Shown here: positions 35,812 to 49,991 of the stretch, one piece after another
Numbering within the stretch: the first letter of the stretch is position 1
Layout of the letters: every line of letters begins with the position of its first letter
Source of the DNA: Squalus acanthias
Taxonomy: Eukaryota
Direction: 5' to 3'
Assembly: GCA_030390025.1 (NCBI GenBank)
Contig: CM059432.1
Coordinates: 99,884,001-99,948,000, forward strand
Length of the DNA stretch: 64,000 nt
Translations under genes and position numbers: made by a program
Notes under the pieces: generated by a model
What the model saw: the letters and a program-made list of their open reading frames with translations, nothing else
Told to the model about the DNA's origin: nothing
The model's database searches: none

Positions 35812-37035
35812 ACACTACAAGCCCACCAACTCACCCAGCTACCTTGATATACTTCCTCCCACCCCGCTTCCTGTAAGGACTCCATATCATTCTCCCAGTT
35901 TCTCTATCTCCATCGCATCTGTTCTGATGATACCACCTTCCACACCTGTGCTTCAGAAATGTCTTCCTTATTCCTCAGCCGAGGATTTCCCTCCACTGTA
36001 GTTGACAGTGCCCTCGACCACGTCCATCCCATTTCCAGCACTTCCGCCCTCACCCCTTCCCCTCCCTCCCAGAACCGTGATAGGGTTGCTCTCATCTTCC
36101 ACCCCACTAGTCTTCACATTCAACAGATCATTCTTTAGCATTTCTGCCACCTCCAGCGCGATGCCACCACGAAGCACATCTTCCCTTCTCTTCCCGTTAC
36201 AGCATTCTGAAGGGACTGATTCCCCCGTGAAACCCTGCTCCACTCTTCCATCACCCCCAACACCTGCCCCCCCTCCCCCAGCACTTTCCCATGTAAGCAC
36301 AGAAGATGCAACACCTCCTCCCTTCCCACAGTCCACGAGCCCAAACACTCCTTCCGGTTGAAACAGCAATTTACTTGTACTTCTTCCAATTTAGTATGCT
36401 GTATTCGCTGCTTACAATGTGGTCTCTTCTACATTGGGGTGACCAAACGCAGATTGGGGGATCGATTTGCTGAACACCTCCATTCAGTCTGCAAGCGTGA
36501 CCCTGAGCTTCCTGTTAGTTGCCACTTTAATTCTCCATCCCACTCACACTCCATCCTCGGCCTCCTACACTGTTCAAATAAAGCTCAACGCTAGCTCAAG
36601 GAACAGCACCTCATCTTTCTACTAGGCACTTTACAGCCTTCCAACCTTAGAGTTTAGAAACTATTCTCACCCATTTTCTCTTAGACATTCTGTAACCATT
36701 TAGACCTCCTCTGGACCCATCTTTTGTTTCGATATTTGTCCCATTATCACCTCCTTTTGCCTTGCACCATCATCCCTTTTGTAATTGAATCACTCTTGTC
36801 CTCCACCCTATCACAGAACTTTCCCTTTTGTTCTTTTCCTGCCTCCCTTTTCCCTGGCTCTGTACTTGCTTAAAAGGTATTCGTCGGCAGAATCTTCCAA
36901 TTCTAATGAAAGGTCATTGACCTGAAACGTTAACTCTGTTTCTCTATCCACAGCTGTTGCCTGAACTGCTGAGTCTTTCCAACATTTCTGTTTTTATTTC
37001 AGAAATTTCCAGCGTCCGCAATATTTTGCTTTTGC
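35812..37035 (+). mobile_element. Penelope-like element, 3' fragment
   Basis: Collinear with 5060-6328; FTCTSSNLVCCIRCLQCGLFYIGVTKRRLGDRFAEHL. Confidence 0.92.
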
Positions 37036-39924
37036 TATAGCGTTTGCTTCTGAAATTGACTTTTGATGCAGAAAGTATTTTAGTGTGTATATCAACTAAG
37101 AATTATACATGGCGACAGATAGGAGAAGGGTTTTATACAAATATGATTAATAAATATATTTCAATATGAGGAGAAAAGTGTATTCTTACCATTTTGCATG
37201 GAAATTTTGATATGCATGCTCACACTTCTTAGAATATCAAGCCACTTTTTATTGGTAATTGGGGCCACAGAGCAGCTCTAAAGACTTTCCCCACCTCTTG
37301 ATGCAGCCCTATTTAGAGTGGAGTGAGGAACACGCAACAAAAAAAATGGGGACAATTTGGGATGGAGTTTCCTTCACTATCCCACCAGAAATCTACCCGG
37401 ACATGAATTTCCCTCCCCTCACTTCTAGCGGGACTTCCACTGGCCACTTTTTACCCCGCCCACTGCATGCAAATACCAGTGGGGTCTCTGGCACATTTCT
37501 TGCCCCTCCGTCCCTGTTTCCACCAGTTCCCAGGACTGCCAGGTGAACTGCCATGGTGGAAGGCAGAGGGAATGGTCTAACATGTAGCAAATGGAGAGAG
37601 AGGTCCTGGTGGAGTGGAGGAAGTGGAGAGTCCTCCACTTTCTCCGATCGCTTAGCTGCTGAAAGCCTGAGTTTCATTCAATGTGCCAGTTCAGTGCTCA
37701 AGGTTCTGTGGCCCCTCTAATGTGGTTCCCTCCTCTTTGGGTGCTGCAGTGGTGATCATGCTGCAGCACCGCCCTGATGTTCCTGTGGGCTGCTGACGGG
37801 TTCCTGATTGCTGGAGAGGATCCTGCGGGAAGCCCACCACCTGAAGACCCCTGAACCATGAAACTGGGCTGAGGTCATGCTGGGGTCAAGGCACTCGCCC
37901 TGACTGTTCAGGTGGTATCAGGAAAATCCAGCCCTTCATCATCAGTGCCTCCCCAAATTGGTTAGCCTTTTGGTAAAATCCAGCTCCATTTTATAAAACA
38001 TGTTCCCAGTTTTGAGATTCATGAAACCCAGTACACTTCAATTCTGCTGGAGTCCTCTCAAACTTGGGAGTAACCTTCAACTGTGAGATTCGCAAGTCGC
38101 TTAAGCCTGCCCTGGTGGCCGGAGAATTTTGCGTTACCAACAATTGCTTTACCATGAAGTGCCTGATGGTGGGGCTGCTGAGCCATCAGATCTTCTCACT
38201 AACATCAGTGGGAGCTGAAATGGACTCTCGCCCACTTTCCATCAGAAGCTTGTACCTCCTCGTAGTTTCAACAGATTGGTACATGCAAAAGTAACAGACA
38301 GCTGAAAATAGTGCAGTCCCTAGTATATCTGTACTAAATATACATCAGATTATTAGTTCTCTTAACCTGGAAAGCAATATTTATAGAAGTACGGGGTAGA
38401 GTTTAAAAACGCATTTAAAAACAGGTTGCTCCTAGGTGGAGGACTGGACATTTACTAAAAATGCTTATTTTGGGTGGTAAACTCATATTCAGCTGTATTA
38501 ATAGAACTCCACCAGGTTACCACTCTTAAATATATCAAGGAATACTTTTCAATGGAAAGAAAAGAAAAAGTTATTACCTTCTATTACGTTGCCCGATTGT
38601 GCTAGTTCATGGAAGATATTACGTTTGTGATTATGCCAATTAATTATATCAGAAATTTGAACTGTAACCTAACCAGCGCAATTTTGAGCACATTTCCCGA
38701 TTGCTCCCAAAGTGGAAACTCAACACCGTAATGTTCAACAGAGAAAATAAATCTTGCAATAGCACCCATAAAATTTTCTTTATCTGTTGGCTATTTATAA
38801 ACATCATTAGAAGTATACAATTAAATTCTGGTTCTTAGTAAAGTGGCCGACAAATGTCAAAGCATTAATATCATCAGCCCACATTAGATTGTAAAGGTTC
38901 AAAGGCAGTAAAGACTGGTCTACACCAGTATCAGTCAATGTAATCCAACTCCAGCATCCTAGTTTGCTTACCCATTAGAAAATCCTAAACTGGGACGCTC
39001 ACTAAATTACTGCATGGTATTAATTATATGCAAATGAAAATATCACTTCCAGTCAAACTGTTCTCACTAATTCAATAGATCAGGCATAGTGATGGCAAGA
39101 CCCATGGGTACAAGGTGCTTATCTTTGACTGAACCATTTTATAAACAATTTACTTATTAAAATGCATAAGGAATAAATCCATGCCTGAGCAAATGTGCTT
39201 AATACGCAGATGTTCCCATTTATCTGGTGTTTGCTGTGATTTACTGTAACATTGCTAAAGAAACCGGAACAAGCCAGACATTTGGTAGATGCTCAGATGA
39301 CCTTGAATCTTGGCACAAGCTATCAACTGGCCTGTCAGTTTTCAGTGACCGGTTGATGCTGTAGGGTGCACTGTGCCTCTTTCACCCTTTTTTCGCACTT
39401 GGTATGAAACTCTTTGAGTCTGGATTCCAATTGCTATCTCTTCCTGGCATTCTCTTAAAAGGGGGCAGCAATTGAACCCTGCAGTACATAACTCAATACA
39501 GATCAGCTTGTGGAAAGTAATAGAAACCCCCTTTAAAAATGTGAATACAGAAATTATTACTTTTTCCTGCTGAAATATGTAGGAGTACTGATTGTACACT
39601 GCATGATCATTAAAAAAAATGATCTGTGGCACCATAATGTTCATGAGTGACATGTAAAAAATACAAAGTGGAATTTAGTGGCTTGTTCATTATTTTTGTA
39701 TGAAAGCTAATTGTCTTGTCACATGTAAATCAGTAAGCTGCTAAACTGCCACGTTGGCAATCTGAGTGCTAACTGCCTCAATCTAATTTTGCATATAAAT
39801 AAAGCATTTAATGTGTTACTATTTAGCCTCCCCTTCTACTTTTAGTTTCTTTCGTCACTTAGACCTTGTAGGCAGTGAAATTTCCTCTGCCGATAATTTT
39901 AGTGTAAATGTTTGTGTAAGTGGG

Positions 39925-42900
39925 GTGGGTGGGGGTGGGGGGTTTAAACTAACTTGGCAGGGGGATGGAATACGGAGTGGAGCTATAGTAGGGGGTGATG
40001 CACAGCCAAATATAGAGGAAAAAACAAGTCAGCCTGGAAGGCAGAGCAAATATGTAACGGCACAAGGGAGTATGGCAAGGCTGGATGGCATTTATTTTAA
40101 TGCAAGGAGTCTTGCGAGTAAGGCAGATGAATTGAAGGTGTTGATGAACACGTGGGAGTATGATATTGTTGCTATCACAGAGACATGGTTGAGGGAGGCA
40201 GCTCAATATTCCGGGGTATAGAATCTTCAGGCGAGACAGAGGGGGGTGTAAAAGAGGAGGGGGTGTCGTAATATTAATCAGGGAGCCAATTATTGCTGTA
40301 AGGAGGGATGATATCTTAGCAGGTTCCTCTAATGAGGCCATATGGGTAGAACTTAAAAACAAAAAGGGTGCAAGCACTTTGCTGGGGGTGTACTATAGGC
40401 CCCCAAACAGTTAGGGGGAGATAGAGGAACAGATATGTAGACAAATCTCAGAGAAGTGTAGAAATAATAGGGTAATAATAGTAGGGGATTTCAACTTCCC
40501 CAATATTAACTGGGATAGTCAGAGTGTGAAAGGCTTAGAGGGTGCGGAATTCTTAAAGTGCATCCAGGAGAGCTTTTTGAGCCAGTATGTAGAAAGTCCT
40601 ACAAGAGAGGGGGTGGTACTGGACCTAATTCTAGGGAATGTAGCCGGGCAAGTGGTAGAAGTGTCAGTAGGAGAGCATTTTGGTGAGAGTGACCATAATT
40701 CGGTGAGATTTAAGGTAGTCATGGAAAAGGACAAAGATGGACCAGAAATAAAGGTTCTAAATTGGGAGAAGGCCGATTTTAATATGATAAGGCAGGATCT
40801 GGCCAAAGTGGACTGGGATCAGCTACTTGTAGGAAAATACACATCAGAGCAGTGGGAGTCTTTCAGAAAGGAAATAGAGAGAGTACAACGCCAACATGTT
40901 CCCGTAAAGGTCAAGGGTGGGACCAACAAGCCCAGGGAACCCTGGATGTCAAGGGATATACAAGAATGGATTAGGAAAAAAAGGGAGGCTTTTGGAAGGT
41001 ACAAAGGACTAAAAACAGTGGAAGCCGTAGAGGACTATAGAAAGTGCAGGGGGGTACTTAAAAAAGAAATTAGGAGAGCGAAGAGGGGGCATAAAAAAAC
41101 ACTGGCGGGCAAAATAAAGGAAAATCCCAAGGTGTTTTATAAGTATATTAAGGGCAAGAGGATAACCAGGGAAAGAGTAGGGCCCATTAGGGACCAAAGT
41201 GGCAATCTGTGTGTAGAGCCGAAAGATGAGGGTGAGGTTTTAAATGAATATTTTGCATTTGTGTTCACTATGGAGAAGGACGATGTAGGCATAGAAATCA
41301 GGCAGGGGGATTGTGATATACTTGAACAAATTAGTATTGAGAGGGAGGAGGTACCGGTGATTTTAGCGGGCTTAAAAGTGGATAAATCCCCAGGCCCAGA
41401 CAAGATGTATCCCAGGCTGCTGTGTGAGGCAAGGGAGGAGATTGCAGGGGCTCTGACACAAATTTTCAGATCCTCTCTGGCCATAGGGGAGGTGCCAGAA
41501 GACTGGAGGACAGCTAACGTAGCACCATTATTCAAGAAGGGTAGTAGGGATAAACCAGGGAATTACAGGCCAGTGAGCCTAACATCAGTGGTAGGGAAAT
41601 TATTGGAAAAATTTCTGAGGGACAGAATTAGTCTCCACTTGGAGAGACAAGGATTAATCAAGGATAGTCAGCATGGCTTTGTCAGGGGGAGATCATGTCT
41701 GACCAATTTGATTGAATTTTTCGAGGGGGTGACTAGGTGCGTGGATGAGGGTAGTGCAGTTGATGTAGTCTACATGGACTTCAGTAAGGCTTTTGACAAA
41801 GTCCCGCATGGGAGACTGGTCAAGAAGCCCATGGGATCCAGGGCAATTTGGCACATTGGATCCAAAATTGGCTTAGTGGCAGGAGGCAGAGGGTGATGGT
41901 CGAAGGTTGTTTTTGTGACTAGAAGCCTGTGTCCAGTGGTGTACCGCAGGGATCGGTACTGGGTCCTTTGCTGTTTGTAGTGTACATTAATGATTTAGAT
42001 ATGAATGTAGGAGGTATGATCAGTAAGTTCGCAGATGACATGAAAATTGGCGGAGTGGTAAATAGCGAGGAGGGAAGCCTCAGGCTACATGACGATATAG
42101 ACGGGTTAGTCAGATGGGCAGAACAGTGGCAAATGGAATTTAACCCTGAAAAGTGTGAGGTAATGCATTTTGGGAGAATTAACAAGGCAAGGGAATACAC
42201 AATGAATGGTAGGACCCTAGGAAGGACAGAGGATCAGAGGGACCTTGGTGTGCATGTACATAGATCTCTGAAGGCAGCAGGACAGGTAGATAAGGTGGTT
42301 AAAAAGGCATATGGGATACTTGCCTTCATTAGGCGAGGCTTAGAATATAAGAGCAAGGAGGTTATGATGGAGCTGTACAAAACGCTAGTTAGGCCACAGC
42401 TGGAATACTGTGTGCAGTTCTGGTCGCCACACTATAGGAAGGATGTGATTGCATTGGAGAGGGTGCAGAGGAGATTCACCAGGATGTTACCTGGGCTGGA
42501 GCGCTTCAGCTATGAAGAGAGACTGGACAGGCTGGGGTTGTTTTCCTCAGAGCAGAGAAGGCTGAGGGGGGACCTGATTGAGGTGTACAAAATTATGAGG
42601 GGCATAGATAGGGTAGATAGAAAGGAACTTTTCCCCTTAGTAGAGGGGTCAATAACCAGGGGGCATAGTTTCAAGGTAAGGGGCAGGAGGTTTAGAGGGG
42701 ATTTGAGGAAAAACTTTTTCACCCAGAGGGTGGTTGGAATCTGGAACTCACTGCCTGAAAGGGTGGTAGAGGCAGGAACCCTCACAACATTCAAGAAGCA
42801 TTTAGATGAGCACTTGAAACGCCATAGCATACAAGGCTACGGACCAAGTGCTGGAAAGTGGGATTAGAATAGATAGGGCTTGATGGCCGGCGCGGACATG

Positions 42901-42947
42901 ATGGGCCGAAGGGCCTCTTTCTGTGCTGTATAACTCTATGACTCTAT
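39925..42947 (+). mobile_element. Young CR1 LINE, nearly complete ORF2 (APE plus RT) with a few lesions; ORF1 absent
   Basis: YFNARSL..AITETWL; long ORFs 40526..41896 and 41929..42867 (YMDFSKAFDKVPH, GVPQGSVLGP, KFADD); ctatgact tail repeats. Confidence 0.97.
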
Positions 42948-43837
42948 GGGGGAAAAATTCAGTATCGCCCCATTTCGGGCGCAATTATCGGCCGGGCGCA
43001 AAGATTAGCGCCTGGCGCTAATTATCGCCTCCGATGGAAACTTGGCTTTTATCGCCCCTGGAGGTGATTGGAGCGCTAAATCAGGCGCTTCACACCTGTC
43101 TTAAGGCGCAAAGGCCGAGGAGCGAGGCGCTACCTCAGAGTGCTGGTGAAGCTCATGTGATGACAGTCAGCAATGGAACAGAGACACAATGGCGCCGGCC
43201 AGTTCTTAAAGGGGAGGGTTGATCTTGCTCTCCATCCACATCCTGCTCATTGCAGCCTTGAATCTCGGCCTGGAGAGACCTGTACATCAAATCTGCTGGA
43301 AAGAACAATGGAGAGAAACAGGGAAAGAGTTCAGAGTGCAGCCCCCACAGTCTCTTCTAAATAGATGCAAGGAAGGGCAAATCAAAATGAACCTGCAAAG
43401 TGCTGCTCAGTACCCAAAACTCCTTCACGCAGCGTTGAATCTCTCCAGAAGTCTCTCTCTCTCTCTCAGAATGCGTGGTGCAAAAATGTCACCAACAAAA
43501 AAAGGTAGGAAACGTTCGCCTTTAAATAGCACTCCCCCAGTCCCTTCCTGACTGCAAAACGCTCCCCTCAACCTGTCGTTGCTAACGGCAGGCGGTAAGG
43601 CAGGGGGCACCACTCAATATCCGCTCCGGGGCGCTACCGGGGCGTTGCGCACTCGACTGACGTCACGATCTGCCGGCGCAGGAGATCGTGGCGCTAGTGT
43701 TTAGCGCCGCCGCAAAATGTCTAGTTAATTTCACGAGCGGCGCAAACATCGCCGCACCCGGGCGCTAGTTGCTTTGCGCCCCATTAGCGCCCTCTTAAGG
43801 CGCTAACTGGAGGCGCAACCAACTGAATTTTTCCCCC
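42948..43837. mobile_element. Harbinger-derived MITE inserted in the CR1 tail repeat
   Basis: Perfect 16-bp TIR gggggaaaaattcagt, identical to the left end of the Harbinger at 44855; flanks TAT/TTT. Confidence 0.9.
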
Positions 43838-44074
43838 TTTGACTCTAAGTGCAAAATGGTGATTTCTAATTTCAAATTCATGCTAATTTTTTGACCAAAA
43901 TTAAATCATTAGGAGACATTCCATCCACTTAGCATCACATTGGTCACTGGCTAGTAGGATGTGCATTAAAGCAAATAGATTTGCATCCCTCATTCTCGTG
44001 GCCCCATGATTCATTATGATCAGGAACTTACTATGAGGAGCTGTGGGTTTGATTTGTGTCCTATCACTTATAAT

Positions 44075-44470
44075 TACATAGATTTACATACAAGTTACAG
44101 TACACAAACAGTCCATTCGTCCCAACTGGTTTATGCCCGTGTTTATGCTCCACAGGACCTCCTCCCACTCTACTTCATCTAACCCTATCAGCATATTCTT
44201 CTATTCCTTTCTTGCTCATGTATATAGCTAGTTTCCCATTAAATGCATCTATGTTGTTCACCTCAACTACTCCATGTAGTAGCAAGTTCCACATTCTAAC
44301 CACTCTCTGGGTTAAGAAGTTTCTCCTGATGTTGGATTTATTAGTGATTCTCTTATATTTATGACCAACAAGTGGAAACATCTTCTCTACATCTACCCTA
44401 TCAAATACCTTCATAATTTTAAAAACCTCTATCAGATCACCCCTCAGCCTTCTCTTTTCCAGAGAAAAGG
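44075..44470 (-). mobile_element. CR1 3' fragment
   Basis: FSLEKRRLRGDLIEVFKIM..TQRVVRMWN in ORF 44175..44579(-). Confidence 0.9.
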
Positions 44471-45362
44471 TCCCTTCTATAATGCATAGGTTCAACAATA
44501 TTCTAAAGAATTTCACATGTTCACAATGGCTCATTGAGTGTATCCAATGAATAACAGACCAGGAAGGACAAAGGTTCAATCATCTTGCTGTGCTGATTTG
44601 ACTCATCTCAGCTAGGGCTACAGTTGGGGCACTACAATTGGCCTCAGCACCCCTGATTTAGGGAGGGGTTAAAAAAAATGTCAGCTAAAAACTGATTGAG
44701 GTGACGGTGATCCACCCACCACCCCAACCTGCTCCCAGTATAAAATAGCTTGCAAATACCAAATGCCAAGACACAAACATGAGTCCTGGCCACTTGGATG
44801 AGGAACCTAAGGATGACCAGGACCAGTGGAAGACTACCCCAATTCACAGTCAAAGGGGGAAAAATTCAGTACCTTAGCACCTCCCGTTAGCACCAGCAGA
44901 TGGTGCTAACGGGGCACTAGAGCATTATCGCCGGGGCAAGGCGAATCCAACGGCACATGCCAATTCCCGCCTCCCCCCCCCCCATAATGCCGCCGCTAAC
45001 AGTTATCAGCGGGAGCCTCAACGCTATGTGGAGTGTGACATCAGTGAGTGTGCAATATTCGCTGTCCGCCACATCTGCGAAATTGATTGTTGCCACCTAC
45101 CTTAGTGCCTGGAGTAAACAGTGACAGGGAGAGCTGGCGTAAAGCAGCAGGAAGGCGGCTCCAGGGATGTTATTTAAAGGGATCATCAGTAATGAGTTGC
45201 AGCTGTAGCTTAGTGGAGTTCCAGTGCTTTCTTGTCAGTTTCACATAGAGCAACAGTCTCATTCCGTAATTTCAAGGTTATTTAGTGTCAGGAGTGTTGT
45301 GGCAACTAAAAAGTAGCTAAATTTATTCATTAAAAAATCAAACTGCCACACTTGGTTACATT

Positions 45363-46501
45363 AATGGGGGCTGTAATGGCAGTCGACCTCGCCCTCCAGG
45401 ATCTATGGCAGACGGAGCGGATGCAGCGAGAAATGGGAGGAGGAGGGCCATCAGGGCTCTCAACCGGAGACCATACCCTCCAAGGGTATTCCGAGAGAAC
45501 TTCTCCTACCTCCAATTAAGCGAGGAGCATTGTATTACAAGGCTCCGCTTCACCAAGGAGGTGGTCGCAGAAATCTGCCACCTCCTGCAACCAGACCTTC
45601 AGTCTCAGGGCGACCACAGCTCTCTCAGTGTCAGTCAAGGTCACCGTCGACCTCAATTTCTTCGCTAGCAGGTCCTTCCAGTCTGCAACAGGAGACATAG
45701 CTAACATCTCACAGTTCGCCATCCATTGCTGCATCCGGGAGGTCACAGAGGCTCTCTACAGTAGGAGAAGGGACTATATTTCCTTCCCTATCAGAGAGAA
45801 GCAGGACGAGCATGGTTGTGGCTTTGTCAGGATAGCGGTATTCCCCATGGTGCAGGGCACCACATAACAATCCTGAGATCTTCCGTAACCGCAAAGGCTA
45901 CCACTCACTTAATGTCCAGTTGGTGTGCGACCACAGACAGCTAATCCTCAATATCAATGCCCGCTTTCCTGGCAGCAGCTACGATGTCTTCATCCTGCAC
46001 CAGACTGGTGTGCCAGCACTCTTCCAGCCATCACGTCAAGTTCGCGGCTAGCTGGTCGGAAACTAGGGCTTTCTGGTCTCCATCTGGCTCATGACTCCCC
46101 GCCGCAACCCCAACACTCCTGCCCAGCACTCATATAATGAGAGCCATGCCGTCACCAGGAATATCATTGAGCAGATCATCAGGGTGCTCAAGCAATGGTT
46201 CCACTGTCTTGACCCCTCGGGAGGAGCCCTCCAGTACTCGGTTGAGCGGGTGTCACATTTCGTGATGGTCTGCTGCATGCTCCACAACCTGGCCATCATG
46301 ATGGCCCAGCCCTTGCCACCAGGGATTGCGGGACCACCTCAGGAGGAGGAAGAAGGCGAGGAGGAGGAGGAGGACGAGGAGGAAGAGGAAGATGAGGAGG
46401 ACGAGGGGGAGGAGGAACAGGAGCGAGTGAGGTGGCAGTCACTCAATCGGCCTTCCGGAAGGGCGGTCCGTGACCGTTGCATCAGACTGCAGTTTGAATG
46501 A
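45363..46501 (+). pseudogene. Harbinger DDE transposase, frameshifted
   Basis: RPYPPRVFRE..CITRLRFTKEVVAEICHLLQ, VKVTVDLNFFASRSFQ, TRNIIEQIIRVLKQWFHCLD..CCMLHNLA and an acidic tail. Confidence 0.92.
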
Positions 46502-46666
46502 ATTAAACTCCAGATTCCCGTTGCTCACCACATTCCCAATTTTCCATCCCTGTCGCAGGCCATATCACAGTGCAAAGCTGAAATGAGACACAACACAAAA
46601 GAATCCAAACTGAATTAATAAATTTATCAAAAATCAGTGAACACACATTTGCAACAAAAATATTAA

Positions 46667-49600
46667 CTATTCACTCTTGTGCAATCCCTTAGTACCTCTT
46701 GTTACTGTGCCTTTGCCTACTCTAGTGCTCCTACGAAGTGTTGGCCCAGTGGCTGCAGCATGGCTGGTGGAAGGCTGCTGAGTGTCCATGCGGGAGACCT
46801 CAGATGGCCTTGCAGGACACCCTTGACCAGCTCTGGACCTGGAGCCCTGGCCTAGACTGCACCACCTCAGCATGGGCGGCAGCAGTCTGGGCTGGCTGGA
46901 TGACGGGCAGCGACAAGAGCAATGGCGGAGTGTCAGTGGTGGGAGCAGGAATGTTTTTATCCTGCAATGGAAGCTGCCAGATCATCCATCACACGTGGCA
47001 TGAGGTCTGGGTTTGGGTTGCCACGGTCTCTCTGGGACTCTACCATCCTTTGCAGACTGGAAATGATGGGCTCCATGGTGTGCGTAGAGTCTTGTGAAAT
47101 GTTGGAGGCGAACTCCTCCACACTCCTTATCATTGCCGAGAGGCTCTCGGGCACCCTTGCCATTGCACCTATCATCTCTGTGTGCATGCCCATCACCCTT
47201 CTTCTAAACGCCTCCCCATCAAGGTCCTGTGCAGCAGAACTGACGCGCGAACTCGCCCTCCAGGGATCTTGCCCTAGAGCTACCCTTTCCCCCTGGCCTT
47301 GCTGCAGCCCATTCGCCCCCAGTGCCTCACCCTGTGCAGATCCTGCTACTATACTAGCCTCTAAAGAACGCGTAGTGCCAGTATCTGAGCTGGTGCCTGC
47401 GGGTGAGACATGTAGTGACGTGGTGTGTGCTTCTTCCTCCTCTTCTCCCGCCTCGCTCTCTCCAGTGCTTTCAGGGACAGGCTGCTCAGGTGCTTGCTCA
47501 TTATCTGAAAGCATAAAGGCACGAGAGTTGGGTTAAGGTGAGCGGAGGGGGGCAGGAAGGGAGAAATGCATGCATACAGCATGATTAGCTGGAACGTGCA
47601 AACGCTTGTGGGGTGAGGGGGAAATGGGATGTGAGAAGAAGGAGCAGAGATGAACGGCGCCCACCACCAGGTGCCCAATAATCTGCAGCACTCGATTCTC
47701 CAGCGCAGACAGTGGTTGGGTGTCAGCTTGTCCCCCACCTGTACCCTCCTGCTCCTTCCTGTTGTGAACCTCCTTGGCCTGCAAGAGAAAGGAAAGTGTG
47801 TGAGTGAGTGTGAGCACTGTTTGGGTGATGTGCCTGCCATAGTTGAATAGCTCTCATTGTGTGCAAGGTGTGAGATGTGGGTGTGAGTGTTGGTAGGTAG
47901 AGGTTGTTGGTGGGTGAGTGCTGGGGGTGTGGTGCTTTGGGCAGTGTGTGCAGACTGAGGTTCAGATGGTGGTATGTATCATTTGTTGAAGCATTGACTC
48001 ACCCTGACCACCCGAGTGAGGTCGTTAAATTTCTTCCTGCACTGTGTGTGGGTCCTGGGGACCACAGTGCTGCCCGAGACGTGCTGTGCTACCTCCCTCC
48101 ACATGGCGTGGAAGACTTGCAGCAAGGGCCTCCTGCCACTTGCTGGGTACATAAGATCAATGGCTGATCGTCTGCCTCAATTCCATTCACCGGCCCTATC
48201 GCCATATCCCTTGATGCCTTTACTAGTCAGAAATCCATCGACTTCTGTTTTGAATATACCCAATGATTGAGCCTCCACATCCCTCTGGGGCAGAGAATTC
48301 CAAAGATTCACCACCCTCGGTGTGAAGAAATTTCTTCTCATCTCAGTCCTGAATGGCCTACCCTTTATCCTGAGGCCGTGGCCCCTGGTTCTAGACTCCC
48401 CAGCCAAGGGAAACATTCTCCCAGCATCCCTGTAATAATCAAGCTCTGTAATAATTTTGTATGCTTCAATGAATCCCTTCTCATTTTCTGAATTCAAGAG
48501 AATACAGGCCTAGTTTACTCAATCTTTTCTCATACGACAGTCCCGCCATCCCAGGAATCAATCTTGTGAACCTTTGTTGCACTCCCTCTATGGCAAGTAT
48601 ATCCTTTCTTAGGTAAAGAGACCAAAATTGTACACAGTACTCCAGGTGTGGTCTCACCAAGGCCCTATATAATTGGAGTAAGACTTCTTCACTCCTGTAC
48701 TCAAATCCGCTTGTAATGAAGGCCAGCATACTATTTGCCTTCCTAATGGCTTGCTGCACCTGCACATTCACTTTCAGTGACTCATGTACAAGGACACCCA
48801 GGTCCCTTTAAGCATCTGCATTCCCCAATCTTTCACCATTTAGGAAATACTCTGCCTTTTTGTTTTTTCTAGCGAAGTGGATAACTTTACATTTATCCAC
48901 ATTATATTCCATCTGCAATGTTCTCGCCCACTCACTGAGCCTGTCGAGATCCCCTTGAAGCCTCTTCACATCCTCTTCACAACTGACACTGCCACCTCGC
49001 TTTGTATCATCAGCAAATTTGGAAATGTTACATTTAGTCCCCTCATCCAAATCATTGATATAGATTGTGAATAGCTGGGGCCCAAGCACCGATCTTTGCG
49101 GTACCCCACTAGTCATAGCCTGCCATCCTGAAAAAGACCCGTTTATCCCTACTCTTTGTTTTCTGTCTGTTAACCAATTCTCAATCCATGCTAGTATATT
49201 ACCCCCAATTCCATTTGCCCTCATTTTGTTCTTGTGTGGGACTTTATCGAAGGCCTTCTGAAAATCCAGATACACCACATCTACCGGTTCCCCTTTGTCT
49301 ACTCCACTAGTTACATCCTCAAAGAACTCCAATAGGTTTGTCAAACAGGATTTCCCTTTCATAAATCCATGTTGACTCTGCCCAATCTTACTATTAGTTT
49401 CTAAGTGCCCAGTTATTGCACCCTTTATAATAGATTCCAGTATTTTCCCAACTACTGATGTGAGGCTAACAGGTCTGTAGTTCCCTGTTTTCTCTCTGCC
49501 TCCTTTCTTAAATAGCGGGATTACATTTGCTATCCTCCAATCTGCAGGAACCGTTCCAGAATCTATAGAATTTTGGAAGATGACAACCAATGCGTCCACT

Positions 49601-49991
49601 ATCCCAATGGCCACCTCTTTCAAAACCCTAGGATGTAGGTCATCCGGTCCTTGGGATTTTTTGACTTTTAGTCCCATTAATTTTGCTAGTACTGTTTTTT
49701 TACTAATAATAATTTCTTTAAGTTCCTCATTCTCACCACACTCTTGGTTTTCTCGTATTTCTGGAAGGTTTTTTGTGTCTTCCTCCGTTATTTAATTTCT
49801 CTGCCATTTCCTCATTCCCCATTATAAATTCTCCCATCTCTGACTGTAAAGGACCTACATTTATCTTCGCCAGTCTTTTATTTTTCAGATACCTAGAACA
49901 CCGTGCTCCATCTCTCCATAGCGAACACCAACGCCTCCAATGCTTAATCGCAGAATCTGTGGGCTCTCTCCCTGGGGCATGGATCTGCCAT
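46667..49991 (-). pseudogene. Harbinger Myb/SANT-like gene; exon 1 split by a CR1 insertion
   Basis: MADPCPRERAHRFCD*ALEALV (from 49991) resumes below ~48150 as YPASGRRP..MWREVAQHV..RTHTQCRKKFNDLTRVVR, then the donor gtgagt; later exons at ~47780 and ~47505. Confidence 0.82.
48150..49890 (-). mobile_element. CR1 RT fragment nested in the Harbinger
   Basis: ORFs 48808..49677(-), 48481..48771(-) and 48177..48497(-) carry canonical CR1 RT motifs. Confidence 0.95.
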
